DNA of 64,000 bases, taken from positions 12,496 to 76,495 of the forward strand of contig DATJKA010000047.1 in assembly GCA_035491815.1 (NCBI GenBank). The letters are read 5' to 3'. Of this stretch, positions 63,071 to 64,000 are shown in pieces. Numbering within the stretch: the stretch's first letter is position 1; every line of letters starts with the position of its first letter. Under the pieces are notes generated by a model. It saw only the letters and a program-made list of their open reading frames with translations, had not been told where the DNA came from and ran no database searches. The stretch comes from Gemmatimonadales bacterium. Its GTDB lineage: Bacteria > Gemmatimonadota > Gemmatimonadetes > Gemmatimonadales > GWC2-71-9. The translations under genes and the position numbers were made by a program.

Positions 63071-63684
63071 GAGGAACGCTCGAACCGCAGTTCTACGCTG
63101 CGCACGTTGGCATACAGATCGCGATCGCGCGCGTCACGCGCCGGATCGGAACCCGCCGGCACACCCTTCCGCGCCATGTTGTAGGCGAGCCATCCGTCTT
63201 CGACCTGCTGCAGCCCGCGCGCGAGACCCGTGCACGCCATGCGGCGCGTTTCGAACATGCGCGCGCGCAGCGCAAACGCTTCGATGGCAAGCGAAAGCGT
63301 GTCGGCGCGGCGGTCGAGCGAAGAGGTGTCGCCCGCGACCACGGCACCAGCGGCCGAGACGTCGGCGTTCCGATTGCCCGACGTCGGCGCGCGCGAGCCG
63401 AGCAATCCGTAAATCGCCGTCACGAGCACGGCGCCCGCCAGGCCCGATGCGACATAGGCCGACGGCTTCGCCAGTCTATCGTACCAGTGCGCCGCCGGCG
63501 CCAAACGGGGCGGCGGGAGCGGGAGCGGGTCGTCCTCGCCATCATCGGCCGGCAGGAGAACGGGGTGATTCGGATGACTCACGGACATGCCGGCGGTGGC
63601 GGGCATACCAGCGCGCGTGACCGGCTCGTAAGGGGGCGTCCCGACGGTAGGACGCAACGAAGTAGCTGGGGTTGGTTCAGACAT
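63055..63684 (-). CDS. hypothetical bitopic membrane protein (Pro-rich N-terminus, one TM)
   Basis: ATG 63684 is preceded by GGAAGGAGGG. The TM helix is AYVASGLAGAVLVTAIYGLLG. It overlaps the downstream gene by 16 nt. The ORF extension to 63948 is rejected. Confidence 0.5.
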   Translation of the reverse strand: MSEPTPATSLRPTVGTPPYEPVTRAGMPATAGMSVSHPNHPVLLPADDGEDDPLPLPPPRLAPAAHWYDRLAKPSAYVASGLAGAVLVTAIYGLLGSRAPTSGNRNADVSAAGAVVAGDTSSLDRRADTLSLAIEAFALRARMFETRRMACTGLARGLQQVEDGWLAYNMARKGVPAGSDPARDARDRDLYANVRSVELRFERSSCQRP

Positions 63685-63832
63685 CGCATGCCCTCCTTCC
63701 GTCCAGGTGTGGGGGCAAGTCCCATACCGACTCCCGTCAGGGCTAAGCGCTGGCATGTCAGAAGGTTGGCGATCGCGTCCGCGAGCGCTGTAAGCACAGT
63801 GAAACACTTCCCGCAGCAGGTATGTTGAAGCC

Positions 63833-64000
63833 GTGAGTTCCGTCCACCTGGCCAGCGTGACCGGTCCGCGGGGCACGGACGACGTCTTCCCGTTCACCGT
63901 CCCGGCGATCCGCAGTCTTCGGTCCCTCGACTTTCCTACGAGTGTCACGTTCTTCGTCGGAGAAAACGGCTCCGGGAAGTCGACCCTGCTGGAGGGCCTG
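63833..64000 (+). CDS. P-loop ATPase, N-terminal fragment (continues beyond window)
   Basis: The GTG 63833 frame stays open to the window end. It ends in [19 protein letters not shown], a Walker A in a context typical of small stand-alone AAA/ABC-like predicted ATPases. Confidence 0.55.
   Translation, partial: MSSVHLASVTGPRGTDDVFPFTVPAIRSLRSLDFPTSVTFFVGENGSGKSTLLEGL

Overview
This is a high-GC, very gene-dense bacterial chromosomal segment with about 60 protein genes. By eye I found no rRNA, tRNA, CRISPR array, transposase, integrase or phage genes. Most content is core housekeeping: bL9, RsfS, SMC, DAHP synthase, LolA, Tmk, PrmC, RF1, bL31, an Mla lipid-transport operon, Lnt, HemL, RimO, YajQ, a short FCB-type RpoD, LepB, a sigma-54 activator, ComM and an RND efflux pair. 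The short RpoD, a T9SS-like C-terminal domain on an S8 protease, signal peptides ending in AQ, and the high GC suggest Gemmatimonadota or a related FCB-group lineage; this is inference only. Genes are packed into long chains joined by 1-4 nt start/stop overlaps (ATGA, GTGA), and convergent genes share stop codons. I did not find a self-evident defence island, mobile element or biosynthetic cluster. The best novelty candidates are: (1) a SPOR lipoprotein and a dead-P-loop/2xSPOR membrane protein translationally coupled to smc; (2) an mlaE-mlaF-mlaD operon whose MlaF has lost every ATPase motif and which is coupled to a GAF/HD-GYP phosphodiesterase; (3) a 1076-aa HExxH-peptidase/PD40-propeller/Omp85-barrel fusion; (4) hairpins whose arms are triple 7-8 nt tandem repeats, two of them bracketing signal-peptide coding regions; (5) several genes whose conserved N-termini lie upstream of any canonical start codon. 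All family calls come from motif recognition by eye, and start codons are often ambiguous.
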